Part shown: piece by piece, positions 8,568-17,926 of the stretch
Layout of the letters: every line of letters starts with the position of its first letter
How positions within the stretch are numbered: position 1 is the stretch's first letter
Source: Bradymonadia bacterium
Lineage (GTDB): Bacteria > Myxococcota_A > Bradymonadia > REDH01
Assembly: GCA_047610025.1 (NCBI GenBank)
Contig: JBLFZA010000001.1
Coordinates: 1-54,779, forward strand
DNA: 54,779 nt
Direction: 5' to 3'
Position numbers and translations under genes: made by a program
The notes under the pieces: model-generated
What the model saw: only the letters and a program-made list of their open reading frames with translations
The model's database searches: none
Told to the model about the DNA's origin: nothing

Positions 8568-10223
8568 TTGCGTCACCGAACGAGGGTCTCTGTGTTGCGA
8601 CATTGGATTCAACGTGTGCTGCTCTCCGGCTGGCTCGCGCTCGCGCTGCTGTCATTGCTTGTCGTCTCGCAGTTCAGCCGGGCGTACGCGGAGCAGCAAC
8701 GCTCGGTCATCGCAACCGATAGCGCCGCAGCGATTCAAACGTCCGCCGACTCCATGTCGAATGGGCTCGCGCATGCGAGGCGACTCACCGCCGACGCGGC
8801 AACGATACTTGGTGGCGTGAGGGCGGGAGACCTTGCAGCGGACGGGCTAGAATCACTCCTGGTGGCGCTGCCAGGGGGCAGGTGCGCTGCAATCTGGGAT
8901 ATCGGTCTCTCGCGGGATGCCATTGTCGGCGATTGCACGTCGGCGAGCCTCGTCTGGTCGCGGACAGGCGACCGGCTGACCACGCCTGAGCGAGGCGTGG
9001 TCAGCGCCGACGGAGAGGCGCTCGTGCTCTTGGCCTCGGCATTGGATGACCAACGCACGCTTCTCGTCGCGCTCGATGTGTCCGCGTTGGCGGACGAGAC
9101 TGTTTACGTGACGCACTTCAACGGTCACCGCTTCGCCGTTCTGCTCGGCGATCGCGCCGTTTGGCGAAGTAGTCGTGCAGAGACGAACATCCCGGACCGC
9201 GCTGTTACAACGGCTCTCACTGGCACCGAGTCTTCTCTGATGCTCGCCTCGTGGCCCCGGCTGCAGGTCATCTCAGCCGTTGTGAATCGGCCGGTTGGTG
9301 TGATTTGGCTCGGCGGTGGCACGCTCGCGGCGTTGCTCGGCGGTCTCGTCTTCGCCGCCCAACGTGCGGCTGAAGCTGAGGCCCGCGCGAAGTCGGAGAT
9401 ATTGATACGGAAGGAGCAGGACGAAGAACTTGAGACGCTCAATCGTGAGTTGGAGGAGCGCGTGGCGTCCCGCACCTTCGAGCTTGAGCGCTCCAACCAG
9501 GATCTTGAACAGCTCGCCTACGTAGCGTCGCACGATCTGCAGGAGCCGTTGCGAATGGTGGTCAGTTACCTGCAATTGCTGGATGAAGAGGCCGAGGCAA
9601 AGCTCAGTGAGAGGGAGCGAGAGTACGTGCATTTCGCCATTGACGGTGCTCGCCGGCTCCGCGTTTTGGTGCGCGGGTTGCTGCAGTATTCGCGAGTGGG
9701 ATCGCACGGCGCGGAGTTTGAGTGGCTCGCGCTTGAGGACGTCGTACAGGACGCCCTGAACGGGCTGGCGCTGCAGGTGCGAGAGCGAGGCGCGGAGGTG
9801 CGTTACAGCCCGCTTCCCCGCATCTTTGGCGACCCTACACAGCTTGTGATGGTGTTCCGAAACCTGATCGCGAATAGCGTCAAGTACAGTGAGGGTGAGC
9901 CGAACATCTGGATCTCGGCCGAAGAGACGCGAGTCAACTACACGTTCCGAGTGCGCGATGACGGGATCGGCATTCCCGAGGAGCACCGTAAGAAGGTGTT
10001 TCGCTTGTTCCAGCGACTTCACACGCGAGAGCGCTATCCGGGGACAGGGATCGGCCTCGCGTTGGTGAAACGCATCGTAGACCGACACAACGGCACGATT
10101 CGGATTGAGTCCCCTAGCACCGGATGCGGAACGTGCGTGGTCTTCGCACTGCCGCGCGGCGTTGTTCACCCCTTCGACACCGCCGCGGCGATCGCGCGCG
10201 AGAACGCGGCGATGGACGCGTAG
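8568..10223 (+). CDS. Membrane sensor histidine kinase
   Basis: Two TM segments flank a ~200-aa periplasmic region, followed by a coiled coil. H-box SHDLQEPLR, N-box NLIANSVKY, G-boxes DDGIGI and GTGIGLALV. The start is uncertain: TTG 8568, GTG 8592 or TTG 8595. Confidence 0.88.
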   Translation: MRHRTRVSVLRHWIQRVLLSGWLALALLSLLVVSQFSRAYAEQQRSVIATDSAAAIQTSADSMSNGLAHARRLTADAATILGGVRAGDLAADGLESLLVALPGGRCAAIWDIGLSRDAIVGDCTSASLVWSRTGDRLTTPERGVVSADGEALVLLASALDDQRTLLVALDVSALADETVYVTHFNGHRFAVLLGDRAVWRSSRAETNIPDRAVTTALTGTESSLMLASWPRLQVISAVVNRPVGVIWLGGGTLAALLGGLVFAAQRAAEAEARAKSEILIRKEQDEELETLNRELEERVASRTFELERSNQDLEQLAYVASHDLQEPLRMVVSYLQLLDEEAEAKLSEREREYVHFAIDGARRLRVLVRGLLQYSRVGSHGAEFEWLALEDVVQDALNGLALQVRERGAEVRYSPLPRIFGDPTQLVMVFRNLIANSVKYSEGEPNIWISAEETRVNYTFRVRDDGIGIPEEHRKKVFRLFQRLHTRERYPGTGIGLALVKRIVDRHNGTIRIESPSTGCGTCVVFALPRGVVHPFDTAAAIARENAAMDA

Positions 10224-11596
10224 CGGTCTGCGGGAGATTTCTGCAGCGCGACGGCGATGGCATCGCTCAGCGCCGGCGAGATCAATGGGTTGAGGCTTCT
10301 CGCTGACGGCGCCTCTTTCTTCAGGTGCGCGGTCATGAGCGAGAACTCCTTGTCAGCCTCGAAGGGCGGTCGCCGCGTCAGCGCTGCGTAGAGCGTGCAC
10401 GCGAAACCGTACACATCAGCTTCTGGGCCGACGTTGGAGGCGTCTGTGAGTTGCTCTGGCGCCATGTAGTGCAGCGAACCGATCATCGCTCCCTCCTGTG
10501 TGAGCGTCGATGCGCCCAGATTTGCGACGCCGAAGTCGCCGAGTTTTGCGTGCATGGCACCGCTCGGGCCGCGGGAGATCAGGATATTCTCAGGCTTGAT
10601 GTCGCGGTGAACGATGCCCTCGGAGTGAACGTAAGTGAGCGCGTGACAGATCGGCGCGAGCAGCGCGACAACCTCTGCGGGGGTGCGCGGCGCGTCCGAT
10701 GCCGTCATCAAGGTTGCTAGCGTCGTGCCCCGAACGAACTCCATCACGAGTGTTGCAGGTGGGGCTTCCACAACCTCCAAGACTTTCAGCAGATGCGGGT
10801 GGCGCAATGTCATCTGCGCCCGGCCTTCATCGAGAAAGCGCTGCCTTCGATCGAGCTGGCGCTCCACCCAGCCATGAATGATCTTCAGAGCCACAGTCGC
10901 GCCAGTCGTCGTGTCGAGCGCGCGGTAGACGGCCCCTGCGCTGCCAGCGTCGAGCAGCGCGACGACGTTGAAGCGGTCGTGGGCAATCTCCCCGACCCGC
11001 GACGTCGCGTTCGCTCGTCGGGCTTCTACGGCGCGCGTGACGGTTCCTGAACCGCAGCTCGGGCAGATCGCCGCGGAGCTCCCCATCAAAGCGCCACACG
11101 GGGCACATCGCGTTTCTTGGCGGAGCTGGTCGTTCACCTGGGCTGCCGCGCTGGCTCTCTCGACGGCGTGACGGATCGTGCGGCCAAGTCGCTTCGGGGA
11201 GATGTCATCCTTCGTCAGGTAGTCTTGGGCTCCTTCACCCATCGCCTCAATTCCGACTTGGTCGTCATCCAAGCCGGTGAGGACAATAACCGCGGCTTCA
11301 CAGACGGTCCTCACCAGTTCGATGCCTTCACCGTCTGGAAGGTGGAGGTCGAGCAGGACGGCAGCGAACGGCCGCGCGCGGAGTGCAGCTAAGCCGTCCT
11401 CCAACGTCCCGGCAAACGTCGGCTCAAACTCGAAGGAGGCGCGCTCGAGGTGCAGCCCAGCGAGTCTCGCATCGCCCAGGTTGTCTTCTATAACGAGAAC
11501 TCGAATGCTCACCGAGTTTCCAATCTGGCAGATTTCGGGAGCCGGCACTCTTGCGCATCCGCTTTCTCTCGGCCACACATCCAGGGTGAAACACAT
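10166..11596 (-). CDS. Response-regulator receiver - zinc ribbon - Ser/Thr protein kinase fusion
   Basis: REC domain: IRVLVIEDNLGDA...LLDLHLPDGEG...YLTKD. Zinc ribbon: CAPCG...CPSCG. Hanks kinase motifs: VALKII, HRDIKPENIL, DFGVA, APE. The start is uncertain: ATG 11596, or GTG 11513 immediately before the REC domain. The 567-aa track ORF is over-extended. Confidence 0.85.
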   Translation of the reverse strand: MCFTLDVWPRESGCARVPAPEICQIGNSVSIRVLVIEDNLGDARLAGLHLERASFEFEPTFAGTLEDGLAALRARPFAAVLLDLHLPDGEGIELVRTVCEAAVIVLTGLDDDQVGIEAMGEGAQDYLTKDDISPKRLGRTIRHAVERASAAAQVNDQLRQETRCAPCGALMGSSAAICPSCGSGTVTRAVEARRANATSRVGEIAHDRFNVVALLDAGSAGAVYRALDTTTGATVALKIIHGWVERQLDRRQRFLDEGRAQMTLRHPHLLKVLEVVEAPPATLVMEFVRGTTLATLMTASDAPRTPAEVVALLAPICHALTYVHSEGIVHRDIKPENILISRGPSGAMHAKLGDFGVANLGASTLTQEGAMIGSLHYMAPEQLTDASNVGPEADVYGFACTLYAALTRRPPFEADKEFSLMTAHLKKEAPSARSLNPLISPALSDAIAVALQKSPADRYASIAAFSRAIAAAVSKG

Positions 11597-11610
11597 GACA
11601 TTGAGTCCGA

Positions 11611-12015
11611 GTGCGAATCCTCCTGGTTGAAGACAGTCTAGCCGACGCGCAGCTATTCGAGCGCGCCCTCGAGCGGACGACACAGCTATCCGCTGTGACC
11701 CACGTGGAGAGCGGTGAGGCGGCTCTGAATGCGCTCGATGCTCATCCGTTTCAGATGATGGTGCTCGACCTGAATCTGCCCGGTAGCAGTGGGTTTGACG
11801 TGCTCCGCCGACTTCGCGCGTCTGAAGACGAGGCGCTGCGTGCGATGCCGGTGACGGTGCTGACGACAACTCGTGCGATCGCGGACCATCGACGAGCGTA
11901 CGCCTGCGGCGCGAACGTCGTGCTGACGAAGCCGGAAGACTGGCAGGAGTTCTGTGCGCAGATTAGCGCGTGGGCCAGCTTCTGGACCTCGACGGCCGCA
12001 CTGGTGGGTCGCTAG
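11611..12015 (+). CDS. Single-domain response regulator (CheY-like receiver)
   Basis: MRILLVEDSLADAQLFERAL...MVLDLNLPGSSG...VLTKP. Divergent from the REC-kinase gene. Confidence 0.9.
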   Translation: MRILLVEDSLADAQLFERALERTTQLSAVTHVESGEAALNALDAHPFQMMVLDLNLPGSSGFDVLRRLRASEDEALRAMPVTVLTTTRAIADHRRAYACGANVVLTKPEDWQEFCAQISAWASFWTSTAALVGR

Positions 12016-12018
12016 CGC

Positions 12019-13701
12019 GTGGAGGAGCAGCCACCGGTCGAGGGCGCAACGGGTCGCGGTGTGCCGCCGACGCCAGGAGAGTCGTGGACCGCCTACTTGA
12101 AGCGTGCGCCCGGACCGGGCCTCGAGGAGTTCGTTGGCCGCGAGTCTCTTCGAGCGCTGGCGGTTTTGCACGCGGCCGGTCAGGTTGTGGACGGCGAAGT
12201 GGGCGAGAGGATTCGCTGGGTGTCACAGGACGACGGAGACAGGTGGCGCGCCAAGGGGCGCACGCCAGAGGATGAAAAGTCGGACACACTGCGGCGCGCT
12301 GATCTCCTGAATTGGGCGATCGCCTGCCATCGCAGCATTGGACACTCCGTGGAGAGTGCGCTTCGGTCGAGGCGGGGTGGGAGCGGCGATGCGGTGTTAC
12401 GTCTGCGCCTGCAGCGCCTGCTACCCGACGAGCCTCCCGAGTGGACTTCAGCCTTCTCACGAGCCGTCTTGGCCGCAGTACGTGGCACCGCTTCGAGCGC
12501 AGCACCGCTGTACGGCGTACTCATGTTCGAAGGGGAGGAAGCGCCCGTATGGGAGTGGGGCACGTGGGCGGCATGGCAGGATATGCAAACCGGCGCTGGC
12601 GCGAGCGCGTCGCCCCTCCGATCGAGCCTCCCGCGGCTCCGTCGGGCCACTGTCGCGATTTTACTCGTCGCGATCACGTCCGCATTGCTGGGCCTGACGG
12701 CGCAGTGGCTCGGCAAATGGCGACCGCCACTATGTGACGCCGACTCGGAGTGCGGCGCGGATTTGTGCACCGACGGCGTCTGCACCCCAGCAGGATTCGT
12801 CTACATTCCATCCACGTCATTGGTTGTTGGGTCGCCACCCGGCGAACCCGGTCGTGAGCCGAGGGTTGAGGGTCAGTTTTCGGCGACGATCACTCGAGGC
12901 TACTACTTGCAAGCGACGGAGGTCACTCAGGGGGACTGGGAGCGATTCACCGGGTCGCGGCCCTCATATTTCGCCAGTTGTGGCCAGCGGTGTCCGGTCG
13001 ACAGCGTGAATTGGTACGAGGCTGTGGCTTTCGCCAATGCCCGCTCGCGAGTGGAGGGGTTGACCCAGTGCTACGTCGCCCATCGCTGCCGGGGAGAGCT
13101 TGGAAGCGGCTGCGAAAGCACGGAGCCACGCCTGGAGCACGGCTGCGGTGGAGACTACCATTGCGAACGGGTGGAGTTCGTTGGTTTGGAGTGCAATGGC
13201 TACCGGCTGCCAACCGAAGTTGAATGGGAGAATGGAGCGCGCGCCGGGACGATGACGGCGACCTGGTGGGGGCCGCTCGAGGTCAATGAGAGAGGGACTG
13301 TGCAGGGGTCGAGCTTTGAAGGTCGCGCACGTGTCGCCGGCACCGACGTCGTTCGGAGGAGTGATCTCGCGGAGGCTTGGCCTTGCGCGCTGGCGCAAAA
13401 CGAGACGTGCGGCCCGGGCGACGTTGCGACGCTCGACCCCAACCAGTGGGGGTTACACGACATGCTCGGTGGCGTTTCAGAGTGGACCCATGATGCGTGG
13501 GTCGGCTACCCTAGCGAAGCCGTAGTCGACCGGGTTGCTGACGATGAAGAGGCGACGAGCCGCCTCGTTCGAGGCGGCGCTTGGTATCATACCCCGGACA
13601 CGGCGAGGGCGGCCCAGCGCCGTCGGCCGTCGGCGAGAACGCGTTGGTACGACGTCGGCTTTCGCCTCGCGAGAACCGCAATTCTGTCGAGTGAACTATG
13701 A
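12019..13701 (+). CDS. Membrane protein with extracytoplasmic FGE-sulfatase (SUMF1/EgtB/PvdO family) domain
   Basis: GTG start 3 nt after the REC stop. A ~210-aa cytoplasmic region is followed by a TM (VAILLVAITSALLGLTAQWL). FGE-type motifs: TRGYYLQATEVTQGDWERF, VNWYEAVAFAN, YRLPTEVEWENGARAG, LHDMLGGVSEWT, RGGAWY, GFRLAR. Confidence 0.85.
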   Translation: MEEQPPVEGATGRGVPPTPGESWTAYLKRAPGPGLEEFVGRESLRALAVLHAAGQVVDGEVGERIRWVSQDDGDRWRAKGRTPEDEKSDTLRRADLLNWAIACHRSIGHSVESALRSRRGGSGDAVLRLRLQRLLPDEPPEWTSAFSRAVLAAVRGTASSAAPLYGVLMFEGEEAPVWEWGTWAAWQDMQTGAGASASPLRSSLPRLRRATVAILLVAITSALLGLTAQWLGKWRPPLCDADSECGADLCTDGVCTPAGFVYIPSTSLVVGSPPGEPGREPRVEGQFSATITRGYYLQATEVTQGDWERFTGSRPSYFASCGQRCPVDSVNWYEAVAFANARSRVEGLTQCYVAHRCRGELGSGCESTEPRLEHGCGGDYHCERVEFVGLECNGYRLPTEVEWENGARAGTMTATWWGPLEVNERGTVQGSSFEGRARVAGTDVVRRSDLAEAWPCALAQNETCGPGDVATLDPNQWGLHDMLGGVSEWTHDAWVGYPSEAVVDRVADDEEATSRLVRGGAWYHTPDTARAAQRRRPSARTRWYDVGFRLARTAILSSEL

Positions 13702-14384
13702 AACGCACCCTGCTCATCGCGGCGACACTCGCCACCTGCTTGTTTACCGCTCCGCCTCACGCGGCGGCGCAGTACCTGACAGGAGACCGCTCGGCCGCAA
13801 TCGCGGGTGGGGCGGACCCGGATTTTTGGGACTATCAGGACGCGCCAAGAACCCACGATCGGGGGCTGCTCCTGCGCGCCTCTTTCGGGCCTTCGTTCAT
13901 CACGACCCGCTCCTACGTTGACCAAGACACGCGCTTGATTCTGTCCGGTGGCGCGCTGGCAGGGCAATTGACGGTCGGAGGCATCGTCGCGCCGGACGTC
14001 GCCGTTCACCTGTCAGGCTCGATTCAGCTCGCGCTCTCCCCGGCCGTCTACATTGGTGGAGAGGCGCTCGAGGCGGAATCGGCAGGGCTCAAGGTCTGGG
14101 GGATAGCGCCAGGTTTGACTCTCTACCTGCCAAACGATGTGTTCTTTTCGCCTTCTTTTGGCGTCGCGATTCTTGCTGTTCGCTTCGACGAGCAGGAGCT
14201 GGGACAACCGGATCCCTTGCTCGGTTTTTACGTCGACATCTCCGCTGGCAAGGAGTGGTGGATTGCCGACAAATTCTCCACAGGTGTCGCCGCGCAGCTG
14301 ACCGTGCATAACGCCCCAAGCAACCTGTCGGCACCCTTTGGCGGCCTGTCGTTTGGGGTTAACTGGACGTCGACCTTTAACTAG
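13698..14384 (+). CDS. Exported hypothetical protein, possibly an outer-membrane beta-barrel
   Basis: Signal peptide MKRTLLIAATLATCLFTAPPHAAAQ. Alternating-hydrophobic beta-strand-like segments, and a C-terminus ...GVNWTSTFN. ATGA overlap with the preceding gene. Confidence 0.6.
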   Translation: MKRTLLIAATLATCLFTAPPHAAAQYLTGDRSAAIAGGADPDFWDYQDAPRTHDRGLLLRASFGPSFITTRSYVDQDTRLILSGGALAGQLTVGGIVAPDVAVHLSGSIQLALSPAVYIGGEALEAESAGLKVWGIAPGLTLYLPNDVFFSPSFGVAILAVRFDEQELGQPDPLLGFYVDISAGKEWWIADKFSTGVAAQLTVHNAPSNLSAPFGGLSFGVNWTSTFN

Positions 14385-14455
14385 GTTCCGCCTCAGCAGA
14401 CGTTCCTGACACGCGGCCCAGCCAATCGCGGGCGCGGCCTCCTAGCAGCGGGCGG

Positions 14456-14779
14456 CTAGGCGGCGGTGAGCTCGACGAGCTGCCGCTGTGCCGAGGCGGG
14501 CAGGGCGACGAATTGGATACCCATTCCCACGCGGTCCACGCCGTGGTGCACGCGAGCAACACGGCCGCGCGCCGCAACGGCCGTGCCGTCGACCGAGATC
14601 TCACAGACGAACTCTGACCCCTCCGGCACGAAGGCCGGCGTGTACACGAAGAGCCCGGTCAAGCTCAGGTCGCGGCAGCGAACCGAGACCGAGCCGCGTC
14701 CTTCGGGATCTCGCAGAACGACGTCCGCTTCAAGCACACGTCGACGGGCGAGACGGATTCCTTCTTCTTTCGTAGTCAT
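14456..14779 (-). CDS. PilZ domain protein (putative c-di-GMP receptor)
   Basis: RxxxR (RLARRRV) and D/NxSxxG (DLSLTG) PilZ signature at the correct spacing. Start chosen at MTTKEEG (ATG 14779). Confidence 0.8.
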   Translation of the reverse strand: MTTKEEGIRLARRRVLEADVVLRDPEGRGSVSVRCRDLSLTGLFVYTPAFVPEGSEFVCEISVDGTAVAARGRVARVHHGVDRVGMGIQFVALPASAQRQLVELTAA

Positions 14780-14861
14780 GGGGCGTCGCGCGGTGCATGT
14801 GGGATAAGCATCCACACCGTGCCACTACGAAAGATCGGGCGCAAAAAATCGATCGCGAAGT

Positions 14862-15245
14862 TTAGGAGACGATCGCGATGGCCTCGACTTCAACGAGTGC
14901 GCCAAGCGGCAGCCCAGCAACAGCGATCGTCGAGCGTGCCGGCATTCCGGAACCGAAGTGCTCGGCGTAGACCGCGTTCATCTCGGCGAAGTGATCCATG
15001 GTCGTTAGGAAGACGGTCGTCTTCACGACGTTGTCCATCGACGAGCCAGCGGCTTCGAGCACCGCCCGTAGGTTCTTAAGAACGAGCTCCGACTGCTCGG
15101 CAACGGTACCGTGGGTCATCGTCGCGGTCGCGGGATTGATCGCGATCTGGCCGGAAGTGTAGACCAACTCGCCGATGCAAATCGCTTGCGAGTAGGGACC
15201 GACGGCTGCTGGGGCTGCTTCGGTGTGGATGATGGTGCGTTCCAT
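14862..15245 (-). CDS. ridA: RidA/YjgF-family reactive-intermediate deaminase
   Basis: MERTIIHTEAAPAAVGPYSQAI..GELVYTSGQI...VVKTTVFL..M.DFAEMNAVY...PARSTI.V..LP.GALVEVEAIA is a near-canonical RidA pattern. Confidence 0.93.
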   Translation of the reverse strand: MERTIIHTEAAPAAVGPYSQAICIGELVYTSGQIAINPATATMTHGTVAEQSELVLKNLRAVLEAAGSSMDNVVKTTVFLTTMDHFAEMNAVYAEHFGSGMPARSTIAVAGLPLGALVEVEAIAIVS

Positions 15246-15290
15246 AGGAGTCTCCGGAGTGACTGGGCGCAGAGGCCACAAGTGAGGATG

Positions 15291-16229
<939 letters not shown>

Positions 16230-16283
16230 TTTACGCTGTCGGGAGCGGGGCGGTGTCCCTCCTAGCGCGTCAGAGGGGCGCCG

Positions 16284-16895
16284 TCACCGTCTGCGCTGTA
16301 CCTGTTCGTTTAGGCGCTCGAAGAGTGTCGGCAGCGTGCGGTTTGTCGCCCAGTTGATAACCGAGTTGGGGATCGGGATCCCTGCGTCCGCGTCGACCAC
16401 ATAGCGGACGATGGACGCGCTCGCGTCGTGGGGCCAGGGGCAGGCGAGCCAATATCCAGAGGTGTCCTCGAGGTTGCCGCTGCCAGCGACATAGGTCCAC
16501 GACATGCTCCAGCACTCTTGTCCATCGACGGTGAGGCTCTCTGCGCGCGTCATGATGTGCCAGGTTCGGTCGGAGATTGGCCACGGCAACTCGGTCGCGC
16601 CCGCGACGCGTGTTTGAGCGCCTTCTTCGCCTACGACCCTGACGTCGTAGGCCGACGGTGACCATTGGTCGAAGGTGTTCCAGTCCATGAGCGTCGCGGC
16701 GACCTCGGCGACGGTCCCCTCGATCTTGCCGAGCGCTTCCCCGTGGTTGGGGGTGCCGGCGACAACGCTGCGCAGCACCTCCCCGTTCTCGAGCTCAGTG
16801 AGTACGCCGCTGTCAACGCGCCCTAGGCTGGGCGCCGCGCTAGCAGCCGAAGCGGTGAAGAAGCAGACGAAGAGGGTGAGCGGCAGAATCCGCAT
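16284..16895 (-). CDS. Exported SRPBCC/START-like domain protein
   Basis: Signal peptide MRILPLTLFVCFFTASAASAAP. The ~180-aa mature part has START/Bet v1-like features (DWNTFDQWSP..., WPISDRTWHIM). Start at ATG 16895. Confidence 0.65.
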   Translation of the reverse strand: MRILPLTLFVCFFTASAASAAPSLGRVDSGVLTELENGEVLRSVVAGTPNHGEALGKIEGTVAEVAATLMDWNTFDQWSPSAYDVRVVGEEGAQTRVAGATELPWPISDRTWHIMTRAESLTVDGQECWSMSWTYVAGSGNLEDTSGYWLACPWPHDASASIVRYVVDADAGIPIPNSVINWATNRTLPTLFERLNEQVQRRR

Positions 16896-16970
16896 GGATG
16901 ACTCAGGTAGGGGCAGCGAAGGGGGCCGAACATACCATCTGGTCGGTCGGATTGGCATTGCGCCTTGCAC

Positions 16971-17003
16971 GAACGAAAGAAGGCGACCGAGTGGGTCGCC
17001 TTC
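16971..17003 (-). terminator. Rho-independent terminator candidate downstream of 17023..17496
   Basis: Perfect 10-bp stem GAAGGCGACC/GGTCGCCTTC (16979-16988 / 16994-17003) with a 5-nt loop. On the minus strand it is followed by TTTCGTTCG. Confidence 0.6.
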
Positions 17004-17022
17004 GTCCGTCGATCTCGGTCGA

Positions 17023-17496
17023 CTACATGGGCGAAATCTCGGTGATGTTCAGCGTAGCGGGCGGCGTGGCGGCGGCGTCGAACGTGCCGACGTAGATGTC
17101 GTAAACGCCCGACGCGGGGGTGGGGAACGCGACGAGCGGGTTGAAGCCGATCGTGTCGTCAGCGCAGATCCACGATCCGTCGGGTTGGTTGATCAGGAGC
17201 GTGGTGTCAGTGTCGGACTCCACGTGAATGTAAAGCGGCACCGAGCCCGCCTCGTACGTCAGCTCGACGTCAGGTGCGCTTGCGTGAAAGCCAGCGCATG
17301 AGCCAGTGCCTTCGACGGAGGTGTCGATCGGGCCGCCGGCCGCGAGGGGAATGACAACAGGGTCAGGCATGAAACCTACCGAGAGGTTCTGGTTGCCATA
17401 GGTCGCGTCGGCGGAGGTGTCCTGAGCTGAGGCCGCGCCGGAGAATGCCATGATGCCGGCTGCTGCTGCGAAACTGATGAGTGACTTCGTGTACAT
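17023..17496 (-). CDS. Secreted protein with one copy of an uncharacterised ~130-aa domain
   Basis: Signal peptide MYTKSLISFAAAAGIMAFSGAASAQ, then GNQNLSVGFMPDPVVIPLAAGG...CAGFHASAPDVELTYEAG...LYIHVESDTDTTLLINQPDGSWICADD...SGVYDIYVGTF. Paralogous to both domains of 17927..18877. Confidence 0.8.
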   Translation of the reverse strand: MYTKSLISFAAAAGIMAFSGAASAQDTSADATYGNQNLSVGFMPDPVVIPLAAGGPIDTSVEGTGSCAGFHASAPDVELTYEAGSVPLYIHVESDTDTTLLINQPDGSWICADDTIGFNPLVAFPTPASGVYDIYVGTFDAAATPPATLNITEISPM

Positions 17497-17559
17497 GTGC
17501 TTCCTTCTGTTGGAACGTTTTAGCGTGGCCTCCGAAGAGACCGAGTAGACTGCGAGTTG

Positions 17560-17685
17560 TTATGCCTCAACTCTGACGACCCTATAGCAGGAAATCTTCA
17601 GAAGTTTCTTCACTCCCCGTACGAAAGTCGGCTCGCGCTTGGATTCGACCAGCGTGACGGCGTCCCCTCATCTGCCCGCAGCCTG
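17560..17685 (-). pseudogene. Decayed duplicate of the 3' end of the YbgC-like thioesterase gene
   Basis: The reverse strand reads ...AGR*GDAVTLVESKREPTFVRGVKKLLKISCYRVVRVEA*. The intact gene (18941..19339) ends ARRKGDDVTLVESDIELACVDRGKKLVKIPRDVVVRVGA*. The fragment has an in-frame stop and no N-terminal part. Confidence 0.65.
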
Positions 17686-17690
17686 GAGAA

Positions 17691-17800
17691 TCTCACGCTC
17701 AGCGCGCGCGTCGCCGTCAAGGTGCTCCGGACTTCGCGTCGCTCTCTCAGCCGAAGCGGTGACGAGCTAGTTAAAGACGGTGAGCTGTAGAAGTCGCCTA
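17691..17800 (-). pseudogene. Decayed duplicate of the 5' end of the START-like gene (duplication junction)
   Basis: aagacggtgagctgtagaagtcgcctagatgactc (17774-17808) aligns with aagagggtgagcggcagaatccgcatggatgactc (16869-16903) at the START-like gene start. tcaccgcttcggctg is identical in both copies. The start-codon position is mutated (cat to cta on the plus strand). Confidence 0.45.
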
Positions 17801-17874
17801 GATGACTCAAGCGGGCACGATGACGGGGGCTGAGCGCATCGTGTGGGCGGTCGGAGGCGGGCAGCGCCTTGCAC

Positions 17875-17907
17875 GAACGAAAGAAGGCGACCCAGAGGAT
17901 CGCCTTC
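17875..17907 (-). terminator. Rho-independent terminator candidate downstream of 17927..18877 (paralogous copy)
   Basis: Stem GAAGGCGA/TCGCCTTC (17883-17890 / 17900-17907) with a 9-nt loop. On the minus strand it is followed by TTTCGTTCG. It is the diverged copy of the 16979-17003 hairpin. Confidence 0.5.
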
Positions 17908-17926
17908 GTCCGTCGAACTCGGTCGA

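Larger units (their letters stand above)
16780..17690. repeat. Tandem segmental duplication, unit 1 (START-like gene 5' end + terminator + one-domain secreted-protein gene + 5' UTR + decayed thioesterase 3' fragment)
   Basis: Collinear nucleotide similarity by eye to 17691-19075, for example gcgccttgcacgaacgaaagaaggcgacc (16961-16988) versus 17865-17892, and long matches through the coding region. Boundaries are approximate. Confidence 0.8.
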
